NCBI GenBank assembly: GCA_965216565.1
Contig: OZ244170.1
Span: forward strand, 1,216,001 to 1,280,000
Reading direction: 5' to 3'
From: Bythopirellula sp.
GTDB lineage: Bacteria; Planctomycetota; Planctomycetia; Pirellulales; Lacipirellulaceae
Length of the DNA: 64,000 bases
Shown here: in pieces, positions 10,221 to 20,435 of the stretch
Layout of the letters: every line of letters starts with the position of its first letter
How positions within the stretch are numbered: the first letter of the stretch is position 1
Made by a program: the position numbers and the translations under genes
The notes under the pieces: generated by a model
Told to the model about the DNA's origin: nothing
What the model saw: the letters and a program-made list of their open reading frames with translations, nothing else
The model's database searches: none

Positions 10221-11888
10221 CTAAGTGAGGAGTAGCCCCAAAATTCCTGCCACAAGAACGTAGTAGAAAAATACAAGGGCCGTCTTGCGGATCACGTCTC
10301 CCTCTCGTCCCGTCATCCCCACGACAGCGGACGCTGCGACCACATTGTGTACGCAAATGACATTTCCAGCGGCTCCGCCCACTGCTTGAAGCGCGACGAC
10401 CCAGGTGGGATCGGTACCAATCCGCTCGCCGACTTCGAATTGGAACAGAGAGAACATCATGTTGCTAATCGTATTGCTGCCGGCGACAAACGCCCCAATT
10501 CCGCCAATCAACGGGGAGAAAAACGGCCACGCGTTTCCAGTCACGGCGGCGACTCCCTCAGCCAGTTCTACTGGCATTGATCGAAAACCGGCCGCTCCAG
10601 CCGACGAGTTGAGAAACACTTGCACCATAGGCACGGCAAAAACTAGCGCAGCAGACGCACTGACGATCGTCTTGGCCGATTGGCTCACGGCTCGACCCGT
10701 CGCTGCCCAGCTCATCCGATGAACAAAAACTGTCAGGAGGCACACGATGATGAACGCCGTGCCAGGAAGATAGAGTGGTTCGACACTCACGTTGACCGAG
10801 GAACCGAACAAGCCCTGGAAACTGAGCGACACCCGCTTCAAAGCGGCCCCGATTCCCAACTGCGGCAAACGGGAGGCCACCAGCAAAGCTGCCAACACCA
10901 GGTAAGGCAGCCAAGCTTTCCACAGCGAGATGCCGCTGGTCACTTCTGGAACTTGGACTTCGGTATCGCTGCTCCAAGCACTATCCCAGCGTTCGCGACT
11001 CTCAAAGTCCCAGGGCTCCTCGTCTTTTGGAAGGAGCCAGCGATTCTTGGCCGCGGGTACCACGATAGCCAAACCGATCAGCGAACCCAGCAACGTGGGA
11101 AACTCCGGCCCCAGCCAATGTGCGAGGATCACATAGGGAACGGTCATCGCGAAAGCCGCCAGCAAGGCGAACCGCCAAATCCGCAGTCCATCCAGAAAGC
11201 TTCGATTCGCCCCGTAGAATCGAGTCATGAAAGACACGACGAGCAGCGGAATGAGCGTTCCGGCTATCGCGTGCAAGACTGCCACATGGGCACCGATCAC
11301 GGGGAGTAGTTCTTGCCAATGCCGCAGCCCCGCGTCCTCAGCGAATGCAACAACTTGAGGTGCGCCGTCGAGACCTTTGTTGACCCCCACCAAGATCGGC
11401 GTTCCTAACGCCCCGAACGATACTGGAGTGCTTTGAATCATCATTCCCGCCAGAATGGCCGCCATAGCGGGAAATCCCAACCCAACCAGCAACGGAACCG
11501 CCACGGCGGCAGGTGTGCCAAACCCAGCCGAACCTTCGATAAACGAACCAAACAGCCAGGCGATGATAATCACTTGGACCCGTCTATCGGGAGTGATATC
11601 TGAAAAGCCCCGGCGAATCGTGGCCAAGCCACCACTCTCGCGGAGCGTATTTAAGAGCAGAACAGCGCCGAAGATGATGTACAAAAGAGAGGCTGTAACA
11701 ACCAAACCCTTCACCGAAGCCGCCAACACCTGCAGCGGGGCAACCTGCCAAAAATACAGTGCGACGATTACGGCCGTCACATAGGAAAGCGGCATCGCTT
11801 TACTCGCTGGCCATCGCATTCCGACCAGAAAGATTCCCACAACTAGAATTGGTAGCAACGAAACGAACGGCGCAAGAGAATCGATCAT
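10221..11888 (-). CDS. L-lactate permease (LctP/LldP family)
   Basis: Many TM segments with motifs [57 protein letters not shown]. Probable start ATG 11888. Confidence 0.92.
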   Translation of the reverse strand: MIDSLAPFVSLLPILVVGIFLVGMRWPASKAMPLSYVTAVIVALYFWQVAPLQVLAASVKGLVVTASLLYIIFGAVLLLNTLRESGGLATIRRGFSDITPDRRVQVIIIAWLFGSFIEGSAGFGTPAAVAVPLLVGLGFPAMAAILAGMMIQSTPVSFGALGTPILVGVNKGLDGAPQVVAFAEDAGLRHWQELLPVIGAHVAVLHAIAGTLIPLLVVSFMTRFYGANRSFLDGLRIWRFALLAAFAMTVPYVILAHWLGPEFPTLLGSLIGLAIVVPAAKNRWLLPKDEEPWDFESRERWDSAWSSDTEVQVPEVTSGISLWKAWLPYLVLAALLVASRLPQLGIGAALKRVSLSFQGLFGSSVNVSVEPLYLPGTAFIIVCLLTVFVHRMSWAATGRAVSQSAKTIVSASAALVFAVPMVQVFLNSSAGAAGFRSMPVELAEGVAAVTGNAWPFFSPLIGGIGAFVAGSNTISNMMFSLFQFEVGERIGTDPTWVVALQAVGGAAGNVICVHNVVAASAVVGMTGREGDVIRKTALVFFYYVLVAGILGLLLT

Positions 11889-12177
11889 GCAGTTTCGCGT
11901 ATCGTTTAATTGCGGGGGCTTGATGCCAGATAAGTGAAGTCGAAATCCGTGGGCTCGATTATAGCCTAGGATTTCGTATGGTGTGAGTAGAAAAGTAGGG
12001 TGCGATTGCTCGCGAATTGGCAACTCAACCAGGCTGAACTAAGCTAAGGTCACTGCTTCGTGCGGAACATTGGGGCTATAGGAAACTGCGAGGCAACTGC
12101 TTGGTTGCAAATGCCTCGAGCGACCCTCATCCAAGGTCCAATTCGTGTTCTCGGCTTATCAGAAAATGCCCAGTGAA

Positions 12178-12204
12178 AGCCGGGCTCGGAACTATAGTCC
12201 GGCT
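12178..12204 (-). terminator. Hairpin, probable intrinsic terminator downstream of the tRNA-Pro 3' remnant
   Basis: Minus strand reads AGCCGGACT-N9-AGCCCGGCT followed by TTC. It lies about 75 nt 3' of the tRNA fragment. Confidence 0.45.
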
Positions 12205-12277
12205 GGATTTATTGTAATTCTTACTGTAGCTATGGTTTCAACCTTAGTGGGGCTTTAGAGGACCCATCGTATTCTAG

Positions 12278-12318
12278 GTCGGGCTGAGAGGATTTGAATC
12301 CCCGACCTCAGCGTCCCG
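12278..12318 (-). pseudogene. 3' half of tRNA-Pro(CGG), degenerate; putative att site
   Basis: Minus strand CGGGACGCTGAGGTCGGGGATTCAAATCCTCTCAGCCCGAC contains the anticodon CGG, variable loop, T-arm with TTCAAAT loop and acceptor 3' strand. No complementary 5' half (D-arm or CGGGCTG) is found upstream. Confidence 0.75.
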
Positions 12319-13344
12319 CAACTACTCTCGTCGGAATCAAGAAACGCCTGACTTGCGTTATGCACCAACGTGTCAGAAGTTTGCAGCATTGCAAGAGTTG
12401 TGAAGCAATTGCAACACTTAGCGGTATTATCGCTCAACTGGGTCGAGAACGAGTAGATTTGAGTCCAGGGCAGCAGTAATCGTCCCTCAAACAAAGGGCA
12501 TGGCAATGGTCCCCAATTTGCTACTCTATTGAGCGGAGGTAATAAGATCTCCATTGAATGCCACAATCAGATCCGGCTTTAGCATCCGAGATGTTTGTCG
12601 GACCAAAACTGACACCATTTGCTCCTATGACCATCGATTGGCGAATACTACCAGCCTCGAAGGTGATTGCTTAAACGTGCAATAGGCGTAACTTGCCTTA
12701 ACAGCTGGGCTGAAATTATGAATGCACTTGCAACCCAGAAAGGAGTGTCTCCAGTCTGGTTGCCGACCAAGTTGCAAACATTGGGTGTCAGCAAAACAAT
12801 AAGAATTGACACTGCCGTTTGGTGGAGTGGACAGGTTATGATGGGTTCTTTGTGAAGGGGGAGTATCAGATACTAAATCTATCGTTGCCTTCCTAGCTCG
12901 TTTATTCGATGCCTGAACACACTCTTGAAGCTGCTACACAGCCTTACATTGCTATAACTCAAAGCTCCATGATTCACTATGAGGCTGGATGGGCAGATTT
13001 GGTACAGATGAACTTCACTACTATTAGAACACACCTTCTGGTCTTCGTGTCCAAGTGGACACACATTCTCGGAGATTTGCAATCAAGCTGATACTCAATA
13101 ATAAGGAGCGGTTTTGGCTTTCAACCTGTGAAATGGAGTCTCCCTTCGTTGGAGTAGAAATATTAATGCACCTGTAGAAACACCACAAAAACCTAAATCG
13201 AGGTATTAGCTAAACGTTCTGTAATCTTGTATATATTGGGCTATGTTCCAGAAGGCACTAACTAAGAATGAAGTGGCATCATCCCCCCGGAGGTAAGTGT
13301 CCTACCCTCAGAGGACAGGTGATTACAGATAAAGGTCGGGAATA

Positions 13345-14505
13345 ATGAACTTGGTGAAACCTATATTGCTATCGGTGCTTTTCCTCAGTTCGGCAGGTAA
13401 TGCTGCGGCTGCGATGGAGTTTCGAATCAATGGAAATGTCATCGGTTTGGTAAAAGAGGGCGAAGCAGTACTTACAACATCAAGTGAAGTCTTAGGTGAC
13501 AAAATCGAGGTTGCTCGTGCCAAGATCGGTGATGGTCTGTTTTCCCTCAGGGGAAAGTTTGACGAGATCGAACGTGCCAATGTGGCAATCTTAAACTCCG
13601 AGGGCCAAGGTCGAGGGTCGGTAGATGTCGTTCTAGAACCCGCCTCAATCGAAGTCAGTTATCATGGGAAATATGCCGGTTTGCGGGCTGTTGGCGAAGG
13701 AAAATACGCCAAGTTGTTGATGTCGCAATGGCAACAGAGTGAGGAGTATAAAAAGGCTCTTGAAGAATTTGTGAGGACTGCTACCAAGCGTGACGAATCA
13801 GAGAATGGTGCCGAAAAAGAGGTGCTGAACAAAAAGTATTGGGAACTTTACTATGTGATGCCCAAGCTTCAATCAAAGATACTCGATGCAATAGCCGTTT
13901 CGAGCGAAGATCCGCTAGCAAGTTCCCTGGCAATTCAACTCGGTGGACTTCGCACAAGTGAAAAAGCTGTTGCCAAGTTGGATGAGTTGGAAAAAGTACT
14001 CGGCCCGCAAAAGGGCTTAGTGAATCGACGCAAGGCAATTAAGGGAAGTATCCTTCGTCGCCAGAACTCCCGGCTTATGAAGAAGGACATTCAAAATCTT
14101 GCTGTCTCCGCCAAGAGTATTGATGGAAAGACATTTGATTTGAAGTTCGTACTCAAGAAAAATAAATATGTCCTGCTGGAATTTTGGGCGTCTTGGTGTG
14201 GCCCCTGCCTAAAAGAAGTGCCGCACATGAAGAAGGCCTACCAGGAGTTCAATGCGAAGGGCTTCGAGATCTTTTCATTCTCTTTGGATGACGATCGCCA
14301 ATTGTGGGTTAGCGCATCGGAATCCATCGCACCGCCGTGGATAAATGTGTGTGACCTCAAAGCCTACGAAAGCCCAGCGGCCCTGAAGTTTGGCGTGCAA
14401 ATAATTCCTCGCAACTTCCTCCTAGATAAAGATGGAAAAATCATTGCCAGCGATCTACGAGGCGAAGCCCTCTCGGCCAAACTGGAAGAATTATTGAAAG
14501 ACTAA
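13345..14505 (+). CDS. TlpA/AhpC-TSA family thiol-disulfide oxidoreductase with DUF4369-like N-terminal domain
   Basis: Signal peptide, FRINGNV..., and a C-terminal thioredoxin fold LLEFWASWCGPC...IPRNFLLDKDGKIIA. Confidence 0.88.
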   Translation: MNLVKPILLSVLFLSSAGNAAAAMEFRINGNVIGLVKEGEAVLTTSSEVLGDKIEVARAKIGDGLFSLRGKFDEIERANVAILNSEGQGRGSVDVVLEPASIEVSYHGKYAGLRAVGEGKYAKLLMSQWQQSEEYKKALEEFVRTATKRDESENGAEKEVLNKKYWELYYVMPKLQSKILDAIAVSSEDPLASSLAIQLGGLRTSEKAVAKLDELEKVLGPQKGLVNRRKAIKGSILRRQNSRLMKKDIQNLAVSAKSIDGKTFDLKFVLKKNKYVLLEFWASWCGPCLKEVPHMKKAYQEFNAKGFEIFSFSLDDDRQLWVSASESIAPPWINVCDLKAYESPAALKFGVQIIPRNFLLDKDGKIIASDLRGEALSAKLEELLKD

Positions 14506-14555
14506 CTCGATAGATCACGTCCGCCCCGGTTGAATTGCAAACTTCTCACCCGTTA

Positions 14556-15371
14556 CTAAATGGAGTAGTCATCTTGGATCGAGGGTGGATCAACAAGGCG
14601 ACGTAAGATGTCGGTCACCTCTTTGCGTCGACTTCGGCTTACGGGCACTGTGTGTCCATCGGCCAGGAACAGTTGGGCGGAGCCCGATTTTCCGTAGCGC
14701 ATTTTACGTACCCAGTGAACGTTCACTACGTACGATCGATGCACTCGAACAAAGTCGGGTGATTCCAGATTGCGGTAGAAGTTTTCCAGTGATTCCCGGA
14801 CAAGATAAGATTCGTCACGAATTCTAACATTAACGTAGTTCCCAGCGCTTTCCACGAGTTGAATTTCGGATTCCTGATAGACCAGGTCCTCGCGCACAGC
14901 ACTTAGGATTTTCTTGTCGGCAGCTTCTTCCTTCGCGTCCGGTAGTTCCTCTGTCGAGGCGGAAGCTGTCGCTGTACCGGACGGAATGGGAATGCTCTCG
15001 CTAAGTCGGGAGTCGATACGATCGAGAACCCGAGAGAAGCGAGAGGGATCGATCGGCTTTTTCACATAGTCGAAAGCTTCGTACTCAAAGGCCTTCAGTG
15101 CATAGTCCCCGTAGGCTGTAACAAAAACTACCAAGGGTCGCGTTGTTTGGAGCGACTCGAGGACTTCGAAGCCATTCATCCCAGGCATTTGAATATCGAT
15201 AAACGCAGCGTTTGGCTGAACGCGATGCGCTTCGGCAACTGTTGATTCGCCGCTGTCGCAAACAGAAACGATTCGAAAGCGGGGATCCTGTTCGATCAGC
15301 TCACAGACGTACTGGCGGCTCGGTAGCTCATCATCGGCAACAAGAACACTGTAGAGAGAGTCAGTGCTCAT
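14556..15371 (-). CDS. LytTR family response regulator
   Basis: Receiver domain (VADDE, FIDIQMPGMNG, FVTAY, DYVKKP) plus LytTR domain (FVRVHRSYVVN, VPVSRS). Confidence 0.93.
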   Translation of the reverse strand: MSTDSLYSVLVADDELPSRQYVCELIEQDPRFRIVSVCDSGESTVAEAHRVQPNAAFIDIQMPGMNGFEVLESLQTTRPLVVFVTAYGDYALKAFEYEAFDYVKKPIDPSRFSRVLDRIDSRLSESIPIPSGTATASASTEELPDAKEEAADKKILSAVREDLVYQESEIQLVESAGNYVNVRIRDESYLVRESLENFYRNLESPDFVRVHRSYVVNVHWVRKMRYGKSGSAQLFLADGHTVPVSRSRRKEVTDILRRLVDPPSIQDDYSI

Positions 15372-16639
15372 GTTGGCTCGTCTTCTGCTTGCAGAGGGAC
15401 CCTTACCGAAACCATCAGGCCTGTCGGCTCGTTTGGCACAAAGGTGATCGCCGCGTTCCCGTCGTACTGCAGAGACAGGCGTTGACGTGTTAGACCAATG
15501 CCATATCGTTCCTCAAGAGTTTGGTCGGGCTCTATTTTCGCGCCGTTATCTACGACTTCTAAAATGCAACAATCGTCTAAGCGTTTTGCCGTGACGTCGA
15601 CTCTCGCAATGCTGTTGTGCTCGCGAAAACCGTGCTTAAAGGAATTCTCCACCAAGGGTTGTAGCACGAAAGCAGGAACCATCGCCGATTCCAATCCTTC
15701 TTCGACTCGAATCGAATAGTCGAGCTTTGGTCCGAACCTCATTTTCTGGATGTTGAGATATGTCTGTAGGATCTCCACTTCCTTGTCGAGACGGATTTCT
15801 TGTTCAGGGAGCGACTCGATGGACTCACGCAGAAGATCCCCCAGCTGACTTATGCAATCGCGAGCCGCTTTGGCATCGGTTGAAATCAAAGCACTAATCG
15901 TGTTGAGCGTATTGAACAAAAAGTGAGGAGTAAGTCGGTTGCAGAGGGTCTCGTGCTGAAGCTGAGTGAGTGTGCTACGAAGTTGCGCGGCCTGTCGGGT
16001 GCGATACTCGGTCAACCGGAAGTAAAGCATCGCATAGCCGGCAGCGGACATCATCAAATAGGAGGTGAGAATCACCATCAGTTCGCCAAGCCAATAGATG
16101 GCTCCGTAGGACTTGTGAAACATGACGTCCGTGTAATCCTTGGTTGCAGTCGCTTTGGAGTCGGCGGATGCGTCGGTAATGTCATCCCCCGTTTTGTCGA
16201 CAGAATCAAGTTTTTCGACCGAGTCACTCTGCAGGGAAGTACTGGCGGACTTCACTAAAGTGTTCTTCTGATCCGCTTGAATATGTGCCAGTCGGTGGAG
16301 GTAGTTGCCAGAGACCACCAGTGCAACGGCCACTAAGCCTAAGTGAAACAGCGCTAGCTTCCAAACGGCGAACCGCCTCTCGACGATTACAGCGGCAATC
16401 AAAGGAACAAGTACCAGCCAGGCACAGGCACGAAGATCAAGAACCGTCCACCAGTACTCGCTCGGTAAGCCAGACTCCAACTTGTCGCTGAAGTAGGTAA
16501 ACGTGCGAACGATGTGACTGATAATTAAGAAGATTTGCAACAGAAAAATCGTGCCGAACACCCACAGATAGGTCTTCGCTCCAGTGTATGGAGCAGGCCG
16601 TTCTGCGGGACTTACGGTCTCTCTTGCGAAGCTGATCAT
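15368..16639 (-). CDS. LytS/YehU-type sensor histidine kinase
   Basis: TM segments, PHFLFNTLNTI H-box, YLNIQKMRFG, LQPLVENSFKHG, VVDNG, GIGL. Overlaps the regulator start by 4 nt. Start uncertain (16639 or 16717). Confidence 0.9.
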   Translation of the reverse strand: MISFARETVSPAERPAPYTGAKTYLWVFGTIFLLQIFLIISHIVRTFTYFSDKLESGLPSEYWWTVLDLRACAWLVLVPLIAAVIVERRFAVWKLALFHLGLVAVALVVSGNYLHRLAHIQADQKNTLVKSASTSLQSDSVEKLDSVDKTGDDITDASADSKATATKDYTDVMFHKSYGAIYWLGELMVILTSYLMMSAAGYAMLYFRLTEYRTRQAAQLRSTLTQLQHETLCNRLTPHFLFNTLNTISALISTDAKAARDCISQLGDLLRESIESLPEQEIRLDKEVEILQTYLNIQKMRFGPKLDYSIRVEEGLESAMVPAFVLQPLVENSFKHGFREHNSIARVDVTAKRLDDCCILEVVDNGAKIEPDQTLEERYGIGLTRQRLSLQYDGNAAITFVPNEPTGLMVSVRVPLQAEDEPT

Positions 16640-17047
16640 GACCAGTTGACAATTTAATGTGTCGGCTGCTGTGCACGAACACGGCAACAGCGATGTGTTC
16701 TTTTTGCTAAGAATCACACAAAGCTATATCGGTATTCAAGTTAGAAGTGTAGCCCCTTCATTTTATCAGATGCCAGCATGAACGCACAATCAACCCCTGC
16801 ATTCTTAGTGTTCTTGTAGGCACTTTGCGGAGCACCAGCATGCAGATTAGGCAAAGTAAACGCGTTGCCTTAAATGACTGCTGGACGGGTTAGATGTCAT
16901 TGCTCCCAGGGAAGTGTATTTGGCCCCACTGCACTCGGTTGCGACTGCAAATATAGAGGTAGCAGGTTACCTTGAAGGCTTACGAGACCTTGGTCACAGC
17001 AAAGCAGCGGACGCGCACTTTGTGTGGAATTGAGATGACAGAATAGA

Positions 17048-17848
17048 ATGCTGATTCTTTTTTTCAGCTCGCTACTGGTCGGCTTGGCTCTGGGTCTACT
17101 AGGTGCCGGCGGTTCCGTTGTAACCGTCCCAGTGTTGGTCTATTTGTTGGGACATAGCCTCCGCGAATCGATCGCCGAGTCGATGGCAATTGTGGGACTG
17201 ATTTCGCTGGTTACCGCGATACCCTACGCAAGAGCCAAGAGTATTGATTGGAAAAGTGTCTGGTGGTTTGGGTTGCCGGGAGTCGTTGGAACGCTGATTG
17301 GAGCTTGGTACGGCGTGATAGCTTCGGAGACTCTGCAATTCCTGGTTTTGGGCGGTGTGTTTTTTCTGGCGGCGGTTGTGATGATGCGTACTCCTCGTGA
17401 ATCAATGAATCCAAAGGACGAACCCCCTCAGTATCGTTCTCCACTATGGAGAATTGTATTGGACGGAACGTTGGTGGGAATCGTCACTGGTTTTGTCGGA
17501 GTTGGAGGCGGGTTTTTGATCGTGCCAGCACTTGTTGTGCTGGGAAAACTTCCGATGCGACTTGCCATTGGCACCAGCCTGGCAATTATCGCCATCAAGG
17601 CGGCAATCGGTTTTGCGAAGTACGAACATTACCTGTTGAGCCACGACCTTTCGGCCAACAGCGAAACCATTATGGTCTTTGCGCTGATTGGGATCGTCGG
17701 CAGCTATTTGGGCAGATTGATCAATGCACAGCTCGATCAACATCGTTTGCGGCAAGTATTTGCGGCGTTTCTCATTTTGCTAGGGAGCTTTGTGTTGTTC
17801 AGCGAGATGCGCGGTTTGTTCGATGTTTCATCAACTAGCGTCACTTAA
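17048..17848 (+). CDS. Sulfite exporter TauE/SafE family
   Basis: Twin motifs GLLGAGGS..VP and GFVGVGGGFLIVP, AIGTSL, about 8 TM segments. Confidence 0.92.
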   Translation: MLILFFSSLLVGLALGLLGAGGSVVTVPVLVYLLGHSLRESIAESMAIVGLISLVTAIPYARAKSIDWKSVWWFGLPGVVGTLIGAWYGVIASETLQFLVLGGVFFLAAVVMMRTPRESMNPKDEPPQYRSPLWRIVLDGTLVGIVTGFVGVGGGFLIVPALVVLGKLPMRLAIGTSLAIIAIKAAIGFAKYEHYLLSHDLSANSETIMVFALIGIVGSYLGRLINAQLDQHRLRQVFAAFLILLGSFVLFSEMRGLFDVSSTSVT

Positions 17849-17954
17849 AAGCCTCTAGCGGCCAGCGAAGTAGCTGCCCTCAACCACAATCACAATCATT
17901 TGATTCGTCTCACAATCTCCAACTATCTGAAATCCGAGCGACTTCGAGTTTTTC

Positions 17955-20351
17955 ATGGCCATTGCAATATCTACTGATATCTATTTGGACGCCAACGCCA
18001 CAACACGCGTACTGCCTGCTGCTGCCGATGAAGCAAAGGCGGCGATGGAGGAGTTGTTCGGAAATCCTAGTAGCTCGCACGTCACAGGCATTCGAGCTCG
18101 ACACATTTTGGAGCAGACCCGCGGATTGGTTCGTTCGCTCTTGGGAGCGGAGGATGGACAAATCATCTTTACTAGTGGCGCAACTGAAGCCATCCAGATG
18201 GCAATCTTTTCTGCGCTGGTCAATCTAAACAAGGATAGTGATTCGCAGGATGCGCTGGGTAGATTTCTCCTTTACGGGGCTACTGAACACAAAGCGGTCC
18301 CACAGGCACTCGGGCACTGGAAGCGAGTGCTGGGGCTCCGCAGTGAACTTCTGGCTATCCCAGTCGACAGCACAGGCAAGCTGGATCTGGAATTCTTGGA
18401 AAATCATGCCGACAGAGCAGACATCGTTTGCACAATGGCGGTGAACAACGAAACCGGAGTAATCCACGATCTAGATGCCATCGAAACCACACTCAGGAGA
18501 TGCAACGAAAGTGTTCCTTGGCTCGTCGATTGTGTTCAGGCACTTGGTAAATTGCCGTTGAATCTATCGTCCACCACCGTCGACTTTGCTTCGATCAGTG
18601 GCCACAAGCTTCACGCTCCGAAAGGGATTGGTGTGCTATATGTACGCGACCAAACCCCTCTAACACCTCTCTTTGCTGGAGGTGGACAAGAAAATGGAGC
18701 ACGATCGGGCACCGAAAATCTCCCCGGAGTGGCAGCGCTATCCGAGGTGTTACGTCATCTAAGTGACGAGCATGACTCGACCTTCAAGGATTTGGAGACA
18801 CTCGACGGATATCGCGAACGTCTGGTGCAGAGCCTCAAGACAGCATTGCCGACGATTGTTTTCAATACCGACTTTCAAAATGCGGTTCCCACGACGATCA
18901 ACTTTTCGGTCGAAGGATTTTCTAGCAAAGAGATCATGGACTTATTCGATGCCGCTGGGATCCGCGTTAGTTCGGGATCGGCGTGTGGTTCGTCATTGCG
19001 TGGCTCTTATGTTCTAGATGCGATGGGGCTGCCGAAATGGCGTAGTGAAGGAGCGATACGCATCTCGTTCGGACTGACGTCGCAAGAAGTCGAGATCGAG
19101 AGCGCATGCAAACAGATTGAAGCTGCCGGCAGGGCACTGCGAGAATCGTGTGTATTGCACGCTGGCAAGTCAGTGGCAAATCCTTTGTCTACCGACGAAA
19201 GATTGATCCAACTGAAAAGCGGCTCGATGTGCACCTGGATTCTTATCGACTCGAACGTGCGTCGTTGTGTGATCATCGATCCAGTCGATGAGCTCTCGGG
19301 ACGAATCGAAAACTATGTGCGTTGCCAGGGGCTGCAGGTTTTTGCCATTCTGGATACTCATCTGCATGTAGATCACCAATCCAACCGCGAGGCACTGCTT
19401 CACTTACTGAAAGATCGACTCGTATTCCCCGATCAGTCTACAGACCCGATGGGATGGCCTGAGAATGCCGACGGGGTCGCGATCCTTGGCGATGGCTCGG
19501 AAGCCGAGTACCTCAACTTCTCCGAAGAGCAGATGCTGGTGCGAACCGGGCTCGCCGGTCATACAATCGACAGCCATGCGTTGCTGTTCGGTTGCCTTTC
19601 ATCAGGAGGCAAACTTGCTCCCAGCGATATTGACTTCGCGTTTACTGGAGACACCGTCCAGATTGGTGGCATAGGCCGGACCGACTTCTCGTCGAGCTCC
19701 ATTGATGCCATGTACGGCTCTTTGCGACGATTGCCACACATCCTGAGCCACAATACACCAATTTGCCCGACGCACGACTATAGGAATGGTTTTGCAACGA
19801 CCCTGGAAACAGAACTTCGGGACAACGATTTTCTAGCACACACAGTCGACCCCTTGGCGCCGATTTCGCTTGAACAGTTTAAGGCCACTAAACAAACACT
19901 CGATGCAAAGATTGATGACGAGAGTAACGAGGAGCTAGTGTGCGGTCTCATCCTTAGCGATAAGGGCCGCCAGACTTCCATCGACATTGCCCCGGCAGAG
20001 AGAGAACATTTTTTCGCCAAGCACAAACAGTCGCGAATCATCGATGTTCGGGAACGTCAAGAGTTTCAGTTTTCGCAAGATTGGAGCTCCGTGGGGTTGG
20101 CTGAGCCTCCGGAGAATGTGCCGCTTACGCGATTAACGGGACTGCTTCAGGAGTTACTTGTAGAGCCTCGACAGCCAACTAGCGGAGATTTGATTTTTGT
20201 TTGCCGTAGTGGAAACCGAAGTGGCATCGCAGCGGACATGTTTCGGAGGATGGGTTTTAAGAATGCCTACCATATTGCGGGAGGACTTGCCCTTGGCATC
20301 CGCCCCAACGGAATTTCGGCGGATAGCGTGGACCATGATTTCATGATTTGA
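17955..20351 (+). CDS. Cysteine desulfurase (IscS/NifS-like) - persulfide dioxygenase-like MBL - rhodanese fusion
   Basis: YLDANATT, FTSGATE, EHKAV, NNETG, SGHK (PLP Lys), SSGSAC (catalytic Cys); then IIDP, THLHVDH, GHT, FTGDT, PTHDY (MBL); then IIDVRE and CRSGNRS (rhodanese). Confidence 0.9.
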   Translation: MAIAISTDIYLDANATTRVLPAAADEAKAAMEELFGNPSSSHVTGIRARHILEQTRGLVRSLLGAEDGQIIFTSGATEAIQMAIFSALVNLNKDSDSQDALGRFLLYGATEHKAVPQALGHWKRVLGLRSELLAIPVDSTGKLDLEFLENHADRADIVCTMAVNNETGVIHDLDAIETTLRRCNESVPWLVDCVQALGKLPLNLSSTTVDFASISGHKLHAPKGIGVLYVRDQTPLTPLFAGGGQENGARSGTENLPGVAALSEVLRHLSDEHDSTFKDLETLDGYRERLVQSLKTALPTIVFNTDFQNAVPTTINFSVEGFSSKEIMDLFDAAGIRVSSGSACGSSLRGSYVLDAMGLPKWRSEGAIRISFGLTSQEVEIESACKQIEAAGRALRESCVLHAGKSVANPLSTDERLIQLKSGSMCTWILIDSNVRRCVIIDPVDELSGRIENYVRCQGLQVFAILDTHLHVDHQSNREALLHLLKDRLVFPDQSTDPMGWPENADGVAILGDGSEAEYLNFSEEQMLVRTGLAGHTIDSHALLFGCLSSGGKLAPSDIDFAFTGDTVQIGGIGRTDFSSSSIDAMYGSLRRLPHILSHNTPICPTHDYRNGFATTLETELRDNDFLAHTVDPLAPISLEQFKATKQTLDAKIDDESNEELVCGLILSDKGRQTSIDIAPAEREHFFAKHKQSRIIDVRERQEFQFSQDWSSVGLAEPPENVPLTRLTGLLQELLVEPRQPTSGDLIFVCRSGNRSGIAADMFRRMGFKNAYHIAGGLALGIRPNGISADSVDHDFMI

Positions 20352-20435
20352 AGCTTGAAGCGATTGGCCAGATTACAGCAGCGCGACGCGCACTTGTTAC
20401 ATCAAGCGAGTTTTTACGACTAGAGCAGAAGAGGA

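Noticed and set aside
12255..13091. Short ORFs in the 12.0-13.3 kb gap and an AAAACTGACACCA motif reminiscent of IS ends (about 12605)
   Set aside because: No recognisable protein motifs, and no partner inverted repeat or transposase.
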